The notes: a model not told the origin generated them from the letters alone. A stretch of DNA of 64,000 nucleotides from an uncultured Eubacteriales bacterium (GCA_900542425.1 UQNQ01000007.1:4119-68118), one strand, 5' to 3'; shown: positions 47,103-57,661, numbered from the stretch's first letter. Made by a program: numbers and translations.

Positions 47103-47208
47103 TTATGCAAAAATTTTAGGATTTTACTGATTTTAACTTATATATTATATCACCGTTTTTTCAAAAATGGAATATTTTTTTGATATTTTTTTGTATTTTT
47201 GCAAAAAA

Positions 47209-47243
47209 ATCTGCGGGAAAGCACCAATTTCCCACAGATTTTT
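47209..47243. terminator. Bidirectional-looking terminator between the lipoprotein gene and typA
   Basis: ATCTGCGGGAAA/TTTCCCACAGAT stem flanked by an A-run and a T-run. Confidence 0.55.
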
Positions 47244-47401
47244 ATAAAAAATGAAAATCAAACTGGTTCAAGCAGGATTCTGACAAAACCGCGTTCTGAG
47301 CCCCGCGCGCCATCTCCCGCATATATCATGACGGTAAAAGCCGCATAAGCCGAAACCTTTTCGTAGGCATCCTGTCCGATATACCCAAACAAACGTCGGA
47401 A

Positions 47402-48076
47402 TCATCCGTTAATAGAGGGTACCTCTGCCTCCGCAAGCTCCACCCTCGCAAAATAAGCGTCACGGCGCAGCGCGCCGACATTCTCATATGTGGTCTCAAG
47501 CCAAACACAGAGATAAAACGGACCGTACTTCCCCGCGGTACGGCAGCATTCATAGATATCTTCTACACTTTCCGCTTCAAAGATAAGCGAATAATCCTCA
47601 TCGCTGTACAGCCGAAACCGCATAACAGGCATGACGGAATCACCGGCTGACGGCAAGATGATATTCACATCGGAAAAAACTCCTATCTCCACATCGGGAA
47701 GAACATCCGCAATTGCCGGTAACCGGGAAGAAACGCTGTTAAAAATCAAATATCCATCGGCATAAAAGCCCTCATCAGGAATCTCTATGCAAACCATTTC
47801 CGCATAGAGGCGTATATTTTCTCCGTCAGCATTTGTAAGCATGAGATCAGGCGCGGCAAGATAATCCACAGTATGTTCCATATCCGTGTCCGTGACAGTC
47901 GTGACAGTTGTCCCCTGTGTCTCCGGAGCGTTTGTTGCTTCCGTTATCCTTTCGGGTTCTGTCACGCCAAAAAGAGTCCCGGCAGTTTCGCCGTTTTGCG
48001 CGGTCTCATCATGGGAGCATGAGACAGACAGAATAAGCAAACTAACAATCAGAATCACCAAAATGAATTTTTTCAT
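47402..48076 (-). CDS. Lipoprotein of unknown function (paralog A)
   Basis: Lipobox LSVSCS. The C-terminal domain resembles that of the next gene. Confidence 0.7.
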   Translation of the reverse strand: MKKFILVILIVSLLILSVSCSHDETAQNGETAGTLFGVTEPERITEATNAPETQGTTVTTVTDTDMEHTVDYLAAPDLMLTNADGENIRLYAEMVCIEIPDEGFYADGYLIFNSVSSRLPAIADVLPDVEIGVFSDVNIILPSAGDSVMPVMRFRLYSDEDYSLIFEAESVEDIYECCRTAGKYGPFYLCVWLETTYENVGALRRDAYFARVELAEAEVPSING

Positions 48077-48158
48077 AAAAGCACCTCTGTAGATTCTTTA
48101 TCAATTTACCGATTTGTCGATTCTGCCCGCCTGATATCTCACTCTTCTTGATAAAATT

Positions 48159-48830
48159 TTATTCTGTAAGCTCCAGCCTTGCCCAAGCGTAATAGGCATC
48201 CGTATAGAAAATAGGATCTCCAACATTAACCGCAATTCTTACATAATATGTTCCAGTTCCGTTTTCATATGAAAAATCCACCAACCGAAGCTCTTCATCT
48301 TTCTGATACAAACCGAGGAATTCAAACTCACTGTCATAAAGAGAATACCCTCCGTAGAACACGTCGTCTCGCTCCTCTTGAGCAACAAGAGAAAAAGCAT
48401 CTCCTGTGATAGACGGCAGCAGTGCGAAATCCTCCATGAGGTCAAATCCGTCCGAAGTACCAGGAGACTGCTCTGTCATATAGCACTGCACGTTTTCTTC
48501 CCCGTTTGTAACAAAAACAACGGGAACATCATCCGGATTCACTACAGGAACACCGGTGTCCGCTGTGGTCTCAGAAGCGGTCGTATCGACCGATTCTGAG
48601 GCAGACGTGTCTGTGGATTCCGAGGCGGAAGTAAGTTCCGATGACGCTGTCGTCTCCTCGGTTGTCTGTGTTTCCGGTGTCGAATCGGTTGTGGGCAATG
48701 TGGTTTCACTGTCTGTCGTCTGCGAGGATCCATGAGCTTTCGTCGTTTCATCACCCGAAGCTTCCCCGCAGGCAAAAAGAGCCGTCATCATAACCGCCGT
48801 CAAAATAAGAGCTAAAAACTTTTTCATCAT
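48159..48830 (-). CDS. Lipoprotein of unknown function (paralog B)
   Basis: Lipobox LFACG, T/S/E-rich linker, and C-terminal YYVRIAVN..AYYAWARLEL versus FYLCVWLE..DAYFARVELAE in paralog A. Confidence 0.7.
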   Translation of the reverse strand: MMKKFLALILTAVMMTALFACGEASGDETTKAHGSSQTTDSETTLPTTDSTPETQTTEETTASSELTSASESTDTSASESVDTTASETTADTGVPVVNPDDVPVVFVTNGEENVQCYMTEQSPGTSDGFDLMEDFALLPSITGDAFSLVAQEERDDVFYGGYSLYDSEFEFLGLYQKDEELRLVDFSYENGTGTYYVRIAVNVGDPIFYTDAYYAWARLELTE

Positions 48831-48859
48831 CTATACCTCCTCCGAATGTTTTCGGAAAA

Positions 48860-49267
48860 TTAAACTTCATCGGGAACAGAATCGTCTCCCGTCGACTCCG
48901 ACAGACTTTCGATATAAGATAAAATCTCCTGCGCGCCGTTGTAATCCAGGCTTTGCGAACCAGTGCGAACTGTTAGAATAATCGAAAACTCATCTTCTGC
49001 AATCTGCATGATATAGAATGACGTATTCTCGTCAATCGGATAACGCAGCTGAGGAACAAGCGCTGATGAAATGATATAAAAATATTCCTCCGGAATATCG
49101 GAAAAACGAATCGAATCCCCCTTTTCCGATAAAATATCATACAAAACATCAAGCGTTAAGTCGGCTTTGATCACGGTCGGAGGTTCCGTCTCGGCAGTTG
49201 CGCCGCATGAAACAAATACAAAAAGAAAACACAAAACAAAGCCAAAGAAAAATGCTCTTTTTATCAT
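48860..49267 (-). CDS. Small lipoprotein of unknown function
   Basis: Lipobox FVSCG, 135 aa. Confidence 0.6.
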   Translation of the reverse strand: MIKRAFFFGFVLCFLFVFVSCGATAETEPPTVIKADLTLDVLYDILSEKGDSIRFSDIPEEYFYIISSALVPQLRYPIDENTSFYIMQIAEDEFSIILTVRTGSQSLDYNGAQEILSYIESLSESTGDDSVPDEV

Positions 49268-49403
49268 CCAACGTTTCTCCCTCTCATGTAACTTACCTTT
49301 TTTATTTTACTTCAACATGCAGTTTTTGTCAATATCGGGGCGCATATCCATATGTATTTTGTGAAAAAATAAAAATAGATTCCGGACAGAAAAAATCCGG
49401 CAA

Positions 49404-49643
49404 ATGAAAGGAATTTTGAAAATGGAAATCAAAAAAAGAACCGGCAAGGAAAGATATTACAAAAGCGCCTCGGATTATTCCAAAGATGCATTTTTAACAA
49501 ATCCGATCGCATCTGCGACTGACTGTACAGGTATTACGCAAACCATTCCCGAAACGGAAGAAGAGGCACAATCCTTTTGCGATATCGCCGATATTCCCGT
49601 TACCTCGCTCGATGGTTTCGAGAAATACAAAAAAGCAAAATAA
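49404..49643 (+). CDS. Small hypothetical protein
   Basis: 79-aa ORF (alternative start 49422), followed by a terminator at 49722-49753. No recognisable motif. Confidence 0.35.
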   Translation: MKGILKMEIKKRTGKERYYKSASDYSKDAFLTNPIASATDCTGITQTIPETEEEAQSFCDIADIPVTSLDGFEKYKKAK

Positions 49644-49721
49644 TCGGGCCGAAGATTTTTTTACAATCTTTGAGAATAAACATGGCTATCTCCTCCATGC
49701 CAAAACGGAAAAGCAATGCAT

Positions 49722-49753
49722 AAAAATGCCTGCGCAAAAGCGCAGGCATTTTT
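49722..49753. terminator. Bidirectional intrinsic terminator
   Basis: ATGCCTGCGC-AAAA-GCGCAGGCAT, flanked by A5 and T5. Confidence 0.7.
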
Positions 49754-49755
49754 CT

Positions 49756-50013
49756 TTACTGCTGATATTTATTTCTCGCTTCCGTTACCTTCTGGGCATC
49801 GGCAACTTCCGTCGGATACCATCCGCGGTTGCTCATTTCACGGAAAAGTTCAAACTGAATGTCATGTTCCTCTGTGAGAATCTGCATCACCGTGCCGCGA
49901 AGCTCAGGAGAAGCGGATTCGTTGGCAAACGTATTGTAATGGTCGCTGATATACTTTTGAGAATTCAGCGCATCTGTAAGTCTGTCTTTATCGGAAAAAG
50001 AAGGTTGTATCAT
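49756..50013 (-). CDS. Spore coat protein, CotF-like
   Basis: DRLTDALNSQKYISDHYNTFANESASPELR..ILTEEH is a Coat_F-type pattern. Confidence 0.7.
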   Translation of the reverse strand: MIQPSFSDKDRLTDALNSQKYISDHYNTFANESASPELRGTVMQILTEEHDIQFELFREMSNRGWYPTEVADAQKVTEARNKYQQ

Positions 50014-50026
50014 TTTTATTTCCTCC

Positions 50027-50215
50027 TTATTTTGTCAAATAGCAGAAAAGCGATTGATAATGATTCTCATGCTTTGCTGCGATCTGTTCATATTTCTGTT
50101 TCAGCACTGTGTCATTCGTGCTTTCGGCATATTCTGTATATTTATTGATAAGATTTTGCTCAAGATTCAGCTGATCCTGAATCGTTCCGAGTTCTTTGGA
50201 TGTGATAACCGGCAT
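50027..50215 (-). CDS. Small protein co-transcribed with the CotF-like gene
   Basis: 62-aa ORF with an AAAGGAG SD, 13 nt upstream of the CotF-like gene. Confidence 0.5.
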   Translation of the reverse strand: MPVITSKELGTIQDQLNLEQNLINKYTEYAESTNDTVLKQKYEQIAAKHENHYQSLFCYLTK

Positions 50216-50462
50216 TTTTATTTGCTCCTTTTTTTGTTTTCGGACTTTTACGTCCTATATTAGTCTGCGTCCGTTATGACCTTTTTATTTGTCACAAATA
50301 TTTGAAGCGACTGACATTTTTTCATGTTTGAAAACAAAAAAGCAATCGGAATTTCAAATCAAACGAAAGTGTTATTTGCTTTCTTCTTTACCGGATTCTT
50401 TTATGATTTCAAAATATTTTTTATCCATTTTTTGAGGGCACATCGTTTTTCTGAATTTGATA

Positions 50463-51413
50463 TCATTGGCTGTCTTTTGGCTTTGTTTTTTTCTTTTTCT
50501 CTCGGGGCTCGATGGAAACGTCTGATACTCCCTCTTTGAACCCTTCGCCAATGGTTTCCGTCGCTTCTCCTAAAATCATAAATGCAGAAGGATCAATTGA
50601 GCGTACCAATGTCTTAAGGGAATAAAGTTCATTTTTCTTTACCACACATAAAATAATTTTTCTGTTTTCTTTTGTATACCATCCCATTCCGTCGATCATG
50701 GTTACCCCTCGTTCAAGCTCTTCCGTCAAAGCGTCCGCAACCTTGGCATAAGAGTCCGAAAAAATATACGCGAGTCGTGTCCGCTCAAATCCGCCGTTTA
50801 CAAATTCCAATGCGGCAGAAGACATAAAAATCGCGAGGAAAGAAAAGAAAATAGAAACATAGCTTCCCGATATGATCGACGAAAAAATAACAACCGCCGC
50901 ATCAATGACAAGAATCAGTTTTGCAGTTGGGAGTCCTGCGAATTTCAGCTTAATTAAAAGCGCTGCAAGATCGGAGCCTCCGGTCGTATAACCCCTTGCA
51001 AACATAAGACCAACGGCGGCTCCGACAACGATTCCGCCGAAAATGGCATACAGCAGTGAATTTTCCTCCGGATTAGGAAAAGCCGGTGAAAAAATTTCCA
51101 GCAATGCGGTAAGATCGACAAAAACCGAGGAAACGACAATACCGATGATTCCTTTGATGCTTGCCCGGAAGCCATAAAAACGCATAAACAGCAGTACCAG
51201 CGGCACATTGATCACAAGGATCATGGTACCGGTTGGTAATCCATACAGCAAATTTAACACTGTCGCAAGACCGCCGGCGCCTCCGATAAAAATGCCTCCC
51301 GGGATAAGGAACATATTGTAAGCCATGCCGAAAAGAAAACCGCTGACAAGAAGGAAACCTGCATCGGTAAGTATTTCTTTTCTTTTTTTTCGTTGATTCA
51401 TTTTTTTCATCAT
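50463..51413 (-). CDS. YitT-family membrane protein (DUF2179 C-terminal domain)
   Basis: Start at MMKKMNQ (AGGAGA SD). GMAYNMFLIPGGIFIGGAGGLA, and a C-terminal soluble domain with RGVTMIDGMGWY. Confidence 0.8.
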   Translation of the reverse strand: MMKKMNQRKKRKEILTDAGFLLVSGFLFGMAYNMFLIPGGIFIGGAGGLATVLNLLYGLPTGTMILVINVPLVLLFMRFYGFRASIKGIIGIVVSSVFVDLTALLEIFSPAFPNPEENSLLYAIFGGIVVGAAVGLMFARGYTTGGSDLAALLIKLKFAGLPTAKLILVIDAAVVIFSSIISGSYVSIFFSFLAIFMSSAALEFVNGGFERTRLAYIFSDSYAKVADALTEELERGVTMIDGMGWYTKENRKIILCVVKKNELYSLKTLVRSIDPSAFMILGEATETIGEGFKEGVSDVSIEPREKKKKTKPKDSQ

Positions 51414-51625
51414 GAATTCTCCTTTGTAATAGTATAACCAAACAGCGAATATATTTGATAACAAATATATAATTTTCATCAAAAACGATTCAGCGGTGCG
51501 TCTCTTTTGTCATTTTATGAAGGCATTCTTTCTTTTGATTAAGCATAGGACAATCAAACTTCACATAAAAATCACAGACACCGCACAGAAATTCCGCAAC
51601 TGTATCCGGAAGAATCAGGAGCTGC

Positions 51626-53209
51626 ATGAAACGATTAAAACGATTTTTTGTAAATGCATTGATCCTCGGCGGGACTACTATTTTTATGAGGAGTATCTCT
51701 GTTGTTTTCAGTGCATATGTATCGGGAAAAATTGGCGCTGAGGGAATGGGGCTTTTCTCTCTGATTTCAAGCGTATATATGTTCGCCGTCACGCTTGCGA
51801 CCTCCGGCATCAGCCTTGCCGTAACAAGACTGATTTCGGAAGAAATAGGAAAGGGCAACGGTAAAGGTGCCGTTCAGGCAATCAAACATTGTGCGGGCTA
51901 TGCTTTTATTTTTGGATGCTCAGCATCCGTTCTCCTTTTTTTCGGCGCAGACTTTATTTCGAGTCATATTTTACGTGATGCAAGAACCTATCTTTCTCTT
52001 CGTGTTCTTGCAGTAACGCTTCCTTTTATCGCGCTTTCCAATGTCCTCGGCGGTTATTTCAATGCGGTAAGACGCGTATATAAAAGTGCATCTGCAAGCA
52101 TTGCGGAACAATTTGTCAAAATTTTCATCACCGTGTGTTTGCTTATGGCGATTGCCCCCCGCGGAACAGAATACGCATGTCTTGCGCTCGTTGTAGGAAC
52201 CGCCGTTTCTGAAGCACTTTCGTTCTTTTATCTCCTTATCTTTTATTTGATGGATAAAAAGAAGCATATTCGGGCAGAAGAAGGCACCACATATCCGGAT
52301 ATGAGAAAAAGGATGCTTTCCATCTCTCTTCCCATTGCGCTTTCTTCCTATCTGCGCTCCGGACTTGTTACCATTGAACATATTCTGATTCCGATCGGGC
52401 TGCGGCGTCACGGATCCGATTACCAAACCGCTCTTGCCTCTTACGGTACCATTCACGGAATGGTATTTCCTCTGATTCTGTTTCCGTCTGCCGTTTGTTC
52501 GACCTTTGCCGGACTGATTGTCCCTGAACTTTCCGAGCTTGCGGCAAAATACGGAAATATCTACGGCAATAAACATATTTGCTATATTGTACGGAGAGCG
52601 CTGTGCTTTGCCCTTTTATTCGGTATCGGGACGGCGGGAATTTTCCTTTGTTTCGCAAAGCCCTTGGGACTTCTCGTCTACGGAAGCGAAGAAGCGGCAA
52701 AATATATCGGTATTTTTGCCTCTCTGATTCCCGTTATGTATCTTGATACGACAGTGGATGGGATGCTCAAAGGACTCGGTCAGCAATTTAACTCTATGAT
52801 CTATAATATCATTGACGCATCGATGAGTGTCCTCCTTGTATGGACGCTAATGCCGAAGCTTGGGATTTACGGTTATGTAATCTGTGTTTTTTTAACGGAA
52901 CTTGTTAACCTTGCTTTTAGCCTGAACCGCCTGCTTACCGTCACAGGAGTAAAAATTCCGATTTTCCGCGCGGTACTCTCTCCTGTTGTCTGCATCATCG
53001 GCGCCACTTCCCTTTGCATGCTTACCATGAGAATCACCCTGCCGTCCTCTGTCAGTTATTTAGCTGTCACGATTATTGGCATTCTTCTTACACTTATCTT
53101 TTATATTCTCCTGCTCAGAACCACACAGGGACTTTCCGGAGAAGATGTCGCATGGGTACGCAGCATTTTGAAAGACCCAAAGCCGGATTCCTCTATTCGT
53201 AATGTATAG
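51626..53209 (+). CDS. MOP/MurJ-superfamily flippase, SpoVB-like
   Basis: 527 aa with about 14 TM helices. The N-terminal region GAEGMGLFSLISSVYMFAVTLATSGISLAVTRLISEE is SpoVB-like. Confidence 0.75.
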   Translation: MKRLKRFFVNALILGGTTIFMRSISVVFSAYVSGKIGAEGMGLFSLISSVYMFAVTLATSGISLAVTRLISEEIGKGNGKGAVQAIKHCAGYAFIFGCSASVLLFFGADFISSHILRDARTYLSLRVLAVTLPFIALSNVLGGYFNAVRRVYKSASASIAEQFVKIFITVCLLMAIAPRGTEYACLALVVGTAVSEALSFFYLLIFYLMDKKKHIRAEEGTTYPDMRKRMLSISLPIALSSYLRSGLVTIEHILIPIGLRRHGSDYQTALASYGTIHGMVFPLILFPSAVCSTFAGLIVPELSELAAKYGNIYGNKHICYIVRRALCFALLFGIGTAGIFLCFAKPLGLLVYGSEEAAKYIGIFASLIPVMYLDTTVDGMLKGLGQQFNSMIYNIIDASMSVLLVWTLMPKLGIYGYVICVFLTELVNLAFSLNRLLTVTGVKIPIFRAVLSPVVCIIGATSLCMLTMRITLPSSVSYLAVTIIGILLTLIFYILLLRTTQGLSGEDVAWVRSILKDPKPDSSIRNV

Positions 53210-53251
53210 GAGAATATCCGCCGGAGAACTTGGCGGATGTTCTTCTCTTGC

Positions 53252-53289
53252 AAAAAACAAGTGATTTGCATTGCAAATCACTTGTTTTT
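53252..53289. terminator. Bidirectional intrinsic terminator
   Basis: ACAAGTGATTTGC-ATT-GCAAATCACTTGT (13 bp), flanked by A6 and T5. Confidence 0.75.
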
Positions 53290-53310
53290 ATCTATGAACA
53301 AAACTTCACC

Positions 53311-54951
53311 TTATCCATTTGCTTTTGATTGACTGAGAAGCCACTCAATCAAGCCGTTTTCTGAAAACGCCTGTGTCCATATGCTGTGACCGAGTCCGGG
53401 ATAGTAAGTTGTCTTTATTTTTGTTCCTCCTGCCTCGTGAATCGCCTTTTCCATATCTTTTGTTCCGCTGACAGGTACTGTAGGATCCGCCTCTCCGTGC
53501 ATCGCCCAAATCGCGATTTCAGTAAGCTCATCCGCCATAGAAGGAATGCCCGCTCCACAGACGGGAATTGCCGCTGCAAAAAGCTCAGGATTGCGGGCAA
53601 GGATTTCCCATGTTCCGTATCCTCCCATCGAAATTCCCGCAACATATACACGGTCTTCATCAATTTTTTCCTCGGCGATGATTTCTTTTAAAAGTTCGGT
53701 TGCCGCCGCAAGAGAAAGCGTGGGTTTTTCTGTAAGCTCACGCGAGCCGGTATTCCATACCTTTCCAACAGGAACCCAATTTAAAGACGCCGGATCTGCC
53801 GGACATTGCGGTGCCAAGATGACGCAGTTGTCTGCCGCAACAAGCTTATCCAACAATGCGTTCGGTCCGCCGAGCACTCTTATCTGCTGAGAATTGTCCG
53901 TTCCGCACTCGCCATAGCCATGCAGGAAAAGAAGGATGGGATATTCCTTGGCTGCATCCGCATCATAATCCGAAGGATAATATGCGCGGTAAGGCAAAGT
54001 AACGCTTTCCCCCGATTCCGGATCGGTATAGCTGTAATTTGCATACTTCATGCTGTCAACGCCGGAAACCGAAACATCTGCATCCTTTGCGTAATCATAA
54101 AGTTTGACCTCATCGATTATGCCGACAAATTGTCCATCCACGCCATTATAACCCATCAGCAAATCATAACCCGGAGAAGAAGTTTCGATTGCTGCTCCTT
54201 GGCACTGAAAAACATCGTCAATATAAAACGATATCGTGTTGGTCTCTCCGTTTTGAATTGCCGTCGCTTTATGCCAAGCCGTATCGGCACCGGTTTCCGA
54301 CATCATATTATAAGTGCCGGTTCCGCCGTTTCCGGTTACACCAAGAGCGATTTTCTGAGAACTCGGGTTAATCCAAAAGCCAACATACTTGTATGCATCG
54401 TCACTGATAAGTAAGCCCTTCTGAATCATACACGGCCAGTTGGAGCCGGCTTGCGTTCCTGACCATTTGAACCAGATTTCTAGCGTAAAGCTATCGTTTG
54501 CCGAAAAATTAAGCTCCTCTGCATCCTTGACTACGACATGCTGCCCAAGTCCGGTGAACTGCAAGCCTTTATAGGTATGCCCTTCTGTAATTACCGGATT
54601 TCCGACAATTGTTCCGTCATGTCCGTTGCCTGTGACATCCAGAACGACACCGTCCTCAATGCTGTCAAATGCCCAATAAGCAATCAGTCCCTCTTCTTCT
54701 TCATACGTATAGGTAGGTTCCTGCGGATCTTCCGGCTTTGTAGTTTCCGTTGCCTCCGTCGTTTCCGTTGTCTCTGTTGTCTCTGTTGTCTCTGTTGTAT
54801 TCGATTCTTTGGTATCCACGGTTGAATCCTCCGTCGCATTTGTTGATTCGGTCGTGCTCGAGCTTTCCGTTTGACCGGGGTCGCCTCCGCAGCCGGAAAA
54901 AATCCCGGCAAGCATCAGCAATGCTAACAATAAAGCAGCTGTTTTTTTCAT
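53311..54951 (-). CDS. Secreted lipoprotein: LamG/concanavalin-like domain plus alpha/beta-hydrolase esterase domain
   Basis: Lipobox FSGCG. LamG-like VLDVTGNGHDGTIVGNP..FTLEIWFKW. Esterase motifs LLFLHGYGE and the nucleophile elbow GISMGGYG. Confidence 0.75.
   Translation of the reverse strand: MKKTAALLLALLMLAGIFSGCGGDPGQTESSSTTESTNATEDSTVDTKESNTTETTETTETTETTEATETTKPEDPQEPTYTYEEEEGLIAYWAFDSIEDGVVLDVTGNGHDGTIVGNPVITEGHTYKGLQFTGLGQHVVVKDAEELNFSANDSFTLEIWFKWSGTQAGSNWPCMIQKGLLISDDAYKYVGFWINPSSQKIALGVTGNGGTGTYNMMSETGADTAWHKATAIQNGETNTISFYIDDVFQCQGAAIETSSPGYDLLMGYNGVDGQFVGIIDEVKLYDYAKDADVSVSGVDSMKYANYSYTDPESGESVTLPYRAYYPSDYDADAAKEYPILLFLHGYGECGTDNSQQIRVLGGPNALLDKLVAADNCVILAPQCPADPASLNWVPVGKVWNTGSRELTEKPTLSLAAATELLKEIIAEEKIDEDRVYVAGISMGGYGTWEILARNPELFAAAIPVCGAGIPSMADELTEIAIWAMHGEADPTVPVSGTKDMEKAIHEAGGTKIKTTYYPGLGHSIWTQAFSENGLIEWLLSQSKANG
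54743..54796. repeat. In-frame 9-bp tandem repeat encoding the (TET)n linker
   Basis: Three perfect GTCTCTGTT units (54770-54796), preceded by three degenerate units. Confidence 0.8.
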
Positions 54952-55414
54952 AGATTGCTCCTTTCTGATTGCTTTTACGCTTCACTCTGCCAGTTTTCAG
55001 CGTAACGGACAAAAATTGCTGCATCCGTAAAACAAGAGATTTCTGATATTTGCACAAAAACATTCCCTTTTATATCAACAACATCGATAGCAGAAAATCA
55101 TACAATCCGGTTTTCATGCGCATTTTTGTAAATAGAATGAAGCACTTATATACAGATTCTTGTTTTATTTTCATTATTTTATCACAAAAAATCAATATCT
55201 ACAAGCATCTGATGTTGTCACAATACACAAACAGAAGTTGTCATTCCACACACAATAAAACCACGAACATCGTTTTTCCCGTTTATCCTCAAATTTGACG
55301 TCAATTTCCGTATCAAAGCCAAAAAACAGCAGCAGGATTTTGAAAGAACGTATGACGTGATTTATTATATGGCTTTCTTGGAAAAGCAGCTACAGAGTTC
55401 TGAAAATAAAAACT

Positions 55415-55443
55415 GGGGGAACAGGCATTCTGCCTGCTCCCCC
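55415..55443. terminator. Intrinsic terminator after the M6 protease gene
   Basis: GGGGGAACAGGC-ATTCT-GCCTGCTCCCCC with T-runs on both strands. Confidence 0.65.
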
Positions 55444-55498
55444 GATTTTTGCGGTATATCTTATATCATAGTTTACCGTTTCTTATTTGCAGAGTCAA

Positions 55499-57661
55499 TC
55501 AGTTTTTAACCCACTTTGCGTAAAGGGAAAAATCCTCCGTTCCTTTTTCGATAACGGTATCCATATCATATGGCTTCGTGAAAGCCTCATCATAATACCA
55601 GCCTTCCAGCGTATAGCCAGGTTTTTTATTGGAAATGCTTCTCAGCCATCCGGCAGGAATGGAAAGAGTTTCTCCGAAATTCACCTTAACTTCATAGCTG
55701 TTTGCACCGATATCGGAATATAGTGCAACTTTGACATACGTGATTTCCTGCGGCGCAGAAGAAGTGGGCGTATCTCCCGTTGCCTCTGCATATCCGTTAT
55801 CACTGTTTACGAATACCTTATAATAATATCTTGTTTCCGTAGCCAGTCCGTCAAACTTCGCCGTAAAGGTTCCGTCTTCATTGACAGTTGCGGTTTTGGT
55901 CACAACGTTCTCCGTGAAGTTCGCATCAGTAGCAAGCATAATGCTATACTCTGAAATGACAGCTTGATTAAGAGCCAGAACTGTTCCTTGAACGGTAATC
56001 GAATTATAAGTTTTCTCACTATAGGTAGCGGAAAGTACCGGTGCATAATCTTTGGTTCCCGTCGTAATCTTAATGGTCATTTCCTGTCCCGGCTCACTTA
56101 ACACTTCGATCTTCAAATTATAATTTTCTTTGCCTTCCCATGAGCTTGGATAAGAATTCAAAGACTGAGTCCCGTTGGTTGCGGAACGAAAATCCCCGGA
56201 GTTGAAAATCGCTGTTTCTATATCATCACTGAGGTAATAGAACGGATCTGTAGGGTTGGTTGTTGACATCAGCTGCCCGGAAGCATCATATGCATCTCTG
56301 AAAAGCGGAACAATACCCGGATCATAACGTTTTCCTGTCGAAGCATCCGCGTAAGAGGACGACGCCATACCGGAAGCAAAATATCTTCTGTTGATTGCCT
56401 CGTCAATATGCCAAACCATAATGCCGCCCTCAGAAGAACCGCTTGTGAGATTCTTCTCAAATCCTTCTTTCAGACGGATTTCAATTAGATAATATTCATC
56501 CGGATCCGGTGTGTTGACACGCAAAACCGTATATTTGTCTGTACAGGTCGAATAAATGGTATAAACACCATCCTCAACAACATGCTCCTCAGCCCAACCG
56601 AGATAGATTCTCTGATAAGGATCCAGATAAGTCGGCGTCGCTCCGGAACCGGAATTGTTACCGCTGCTTTGGAGAGAGAAATAATACGCTCTCGGCCAGC
56701 CGGAAATAGTTCCGCCGGTTGCATTGACATTTCGGTCATATAGGTCTTCTGCCCCGAGATTGTGAGCCAGCTCATGTACAGGAACCCCGATCGGAAGGAT
56801 AATGCCTACCGTTTTATACTCACCGACATTCGATACCTTCGAGAACGAAACCCCGTCGAGATATGCATTCAGTCCCTGTGAGGTACCCCATACTTCAAAG
56901 TAAAAACGCGGATACGCCGAATTTCCGCCGCTCTTCCCGCTGCTGCTGGAAGCATCGGCACCCGAATTCAAAATGACAACGCCGAGCTCCATCTCATCGA
57001 TTTTGCCGTTGCCGTTCTTATCCAACTTGGAAAAATCAATATACGGATCACATGCACTGAAAATTTTCGTGATGGTTCCCTGCGCGTCACCGGAAGCACT
57101 CGGATGCGGAATATCCAGCGTTACCTCGATCATTCCGTTAGGAACAGGAGAATTCTCGGGCATCACGTCAAACTCAATCGGTACAAAATGAAAAGCACCC
57201 ATCGAAAGCTCATCATAATAGTTTGTCAGCGAATATCCGTCTCCGAAATATTGTTCATAATGTTCCGTAAGCGTTGAACCCGCCCATTGCTCACCGTAAT
57301 AATCCTTTGTCTTGTCGCTGTAAAGCTTATCGGGATCGTTTTCATCCCAGTCATTGATGCCGTTTCCGTTGGCGTCAAAATTCGCAAGAATAACCAGAAG
57401 CGGAATTTCCGTGACCTCCGTTACCGGTGACGCTTCAATCTTAATGGCGTTTTTGATTTCATCAAGAGGAAGTTCCGTTTGCCCTGTCGTTGTTTCTCCC
57501 GGTATCGGTGTCCCGGACGTTGTTTCACCGGAGGTTGTTTCGCCGGAAGTGGTTTCCGCCGAAGAACTTTCTGTCGGTCCCGTTTTCCCACAGGCACAAA
57601 CGGTAACCAACATCGCCGCGCACAGCAGCGCAGCAAACAATTGTTTTAAATTTTTACCCAT
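55499..57661 (-). CDS. Secreted M6-like (immune inhibitor A-type) zinc metalloprotease lipoprotein with a C-terminal repeat domain
   Basis: Start at MGKNLKQ with lipobox VCACG. HELAHNLG zinc motif. C-terminal GYTLEGWYYDEAFTKPYD repeat. The consensus promoter at 57696-57724 supports this start. Confidence 0.8.
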   Translation of the reverse strand: MGKNLKQLFAALLCAAMLVTVCACGKTGPTESSSAETTSGETTSGETTSGTPIPGETTTGQTELPLDEIKNAIKIEASPVTEVTEIPLLVILANFDANGNGINDWDENDPDKLYSDKTKDYYGEQWAGSTLTEHYEQYFGDGYSLTNYYDELSMGAFHFVPIEFDVMPENSPVPNGMIEVTLDIPHPSASGDAQGTITKIFSACDPYIDFSKLDKNGNGKIDEMELGVVILNSGADASSSSGKSGGNSAYPRFYFEVWGTSQGLNAYLDGVSFSKVSNVGEYKTVGIILPIGVPVHELAHNLGAEDLYDRNVNATGGTISGWPRAYYFSLQSSGNNSGSGATPTYLDPYQRIYLGWAEEHVVEDGVYTIYSTCTDKYTVLRVNTPDPDEYYLIEIRLKEGFEKNLTSGSSEGGIMVWHIDEAINRRYFASGMASSSYADASTGKRYDPGIVPLFRDAYDASGQLMSTTNPTDPFYYLSDDIETAIFNSGDFRSATNGTQSLNSYPSSWEGKENYNLKIEVLSEPGQEMTIKITTGTKDYAPVLSATYSEKTYNSITVQGTVLALNQAVISEYSIMLATDANFTENVVTKTATVNEDGTFTAKFDGLATETRYYYKVFVNSDNGYAEATGDTPTSSAPQEITYVKVALYSDIGANSYEVKVNFGETLSIPAGWLRSISNKKPGYTLEGWYYDEAFTKPYDMDTVIEKGTEDFSLYAKWVKN
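57519..57563. repeat. In-frame 15-bp tandem repeat encoding the (SGETT)n linker
   Basis: GTTGTTTCACCGGAG / GTTGTTTCGCCGGAA / GTGGTTTCCGCCGAA. Confidence 0.75.

Noticed and set aside
51971-52700. 201-aa and 110-aa minus-strand ORFs inside the SpoVB-like gene
   Set aside because: They are antisense shadows. The + strand product is a coherent 14-TM flippase.
54743-54796. Short tandem repeats considered as a possible CRISPR or minisatellite (also 57519-57563)
   Set aside because: The units are 9 and 15 bp, contiguous, without spacers, and in frame within coding linkers (TET and SGETT repeats). This is not a CRISPR array.
55300-55498. A possible ~46-aa + strand ORF (MAFLEKQLQ...) in the long gap upstream of the esterase gene
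   Set aside because: It runs straight through the terminator hairpin of the M6 protease gene, has no SD, and has no recognisable features.
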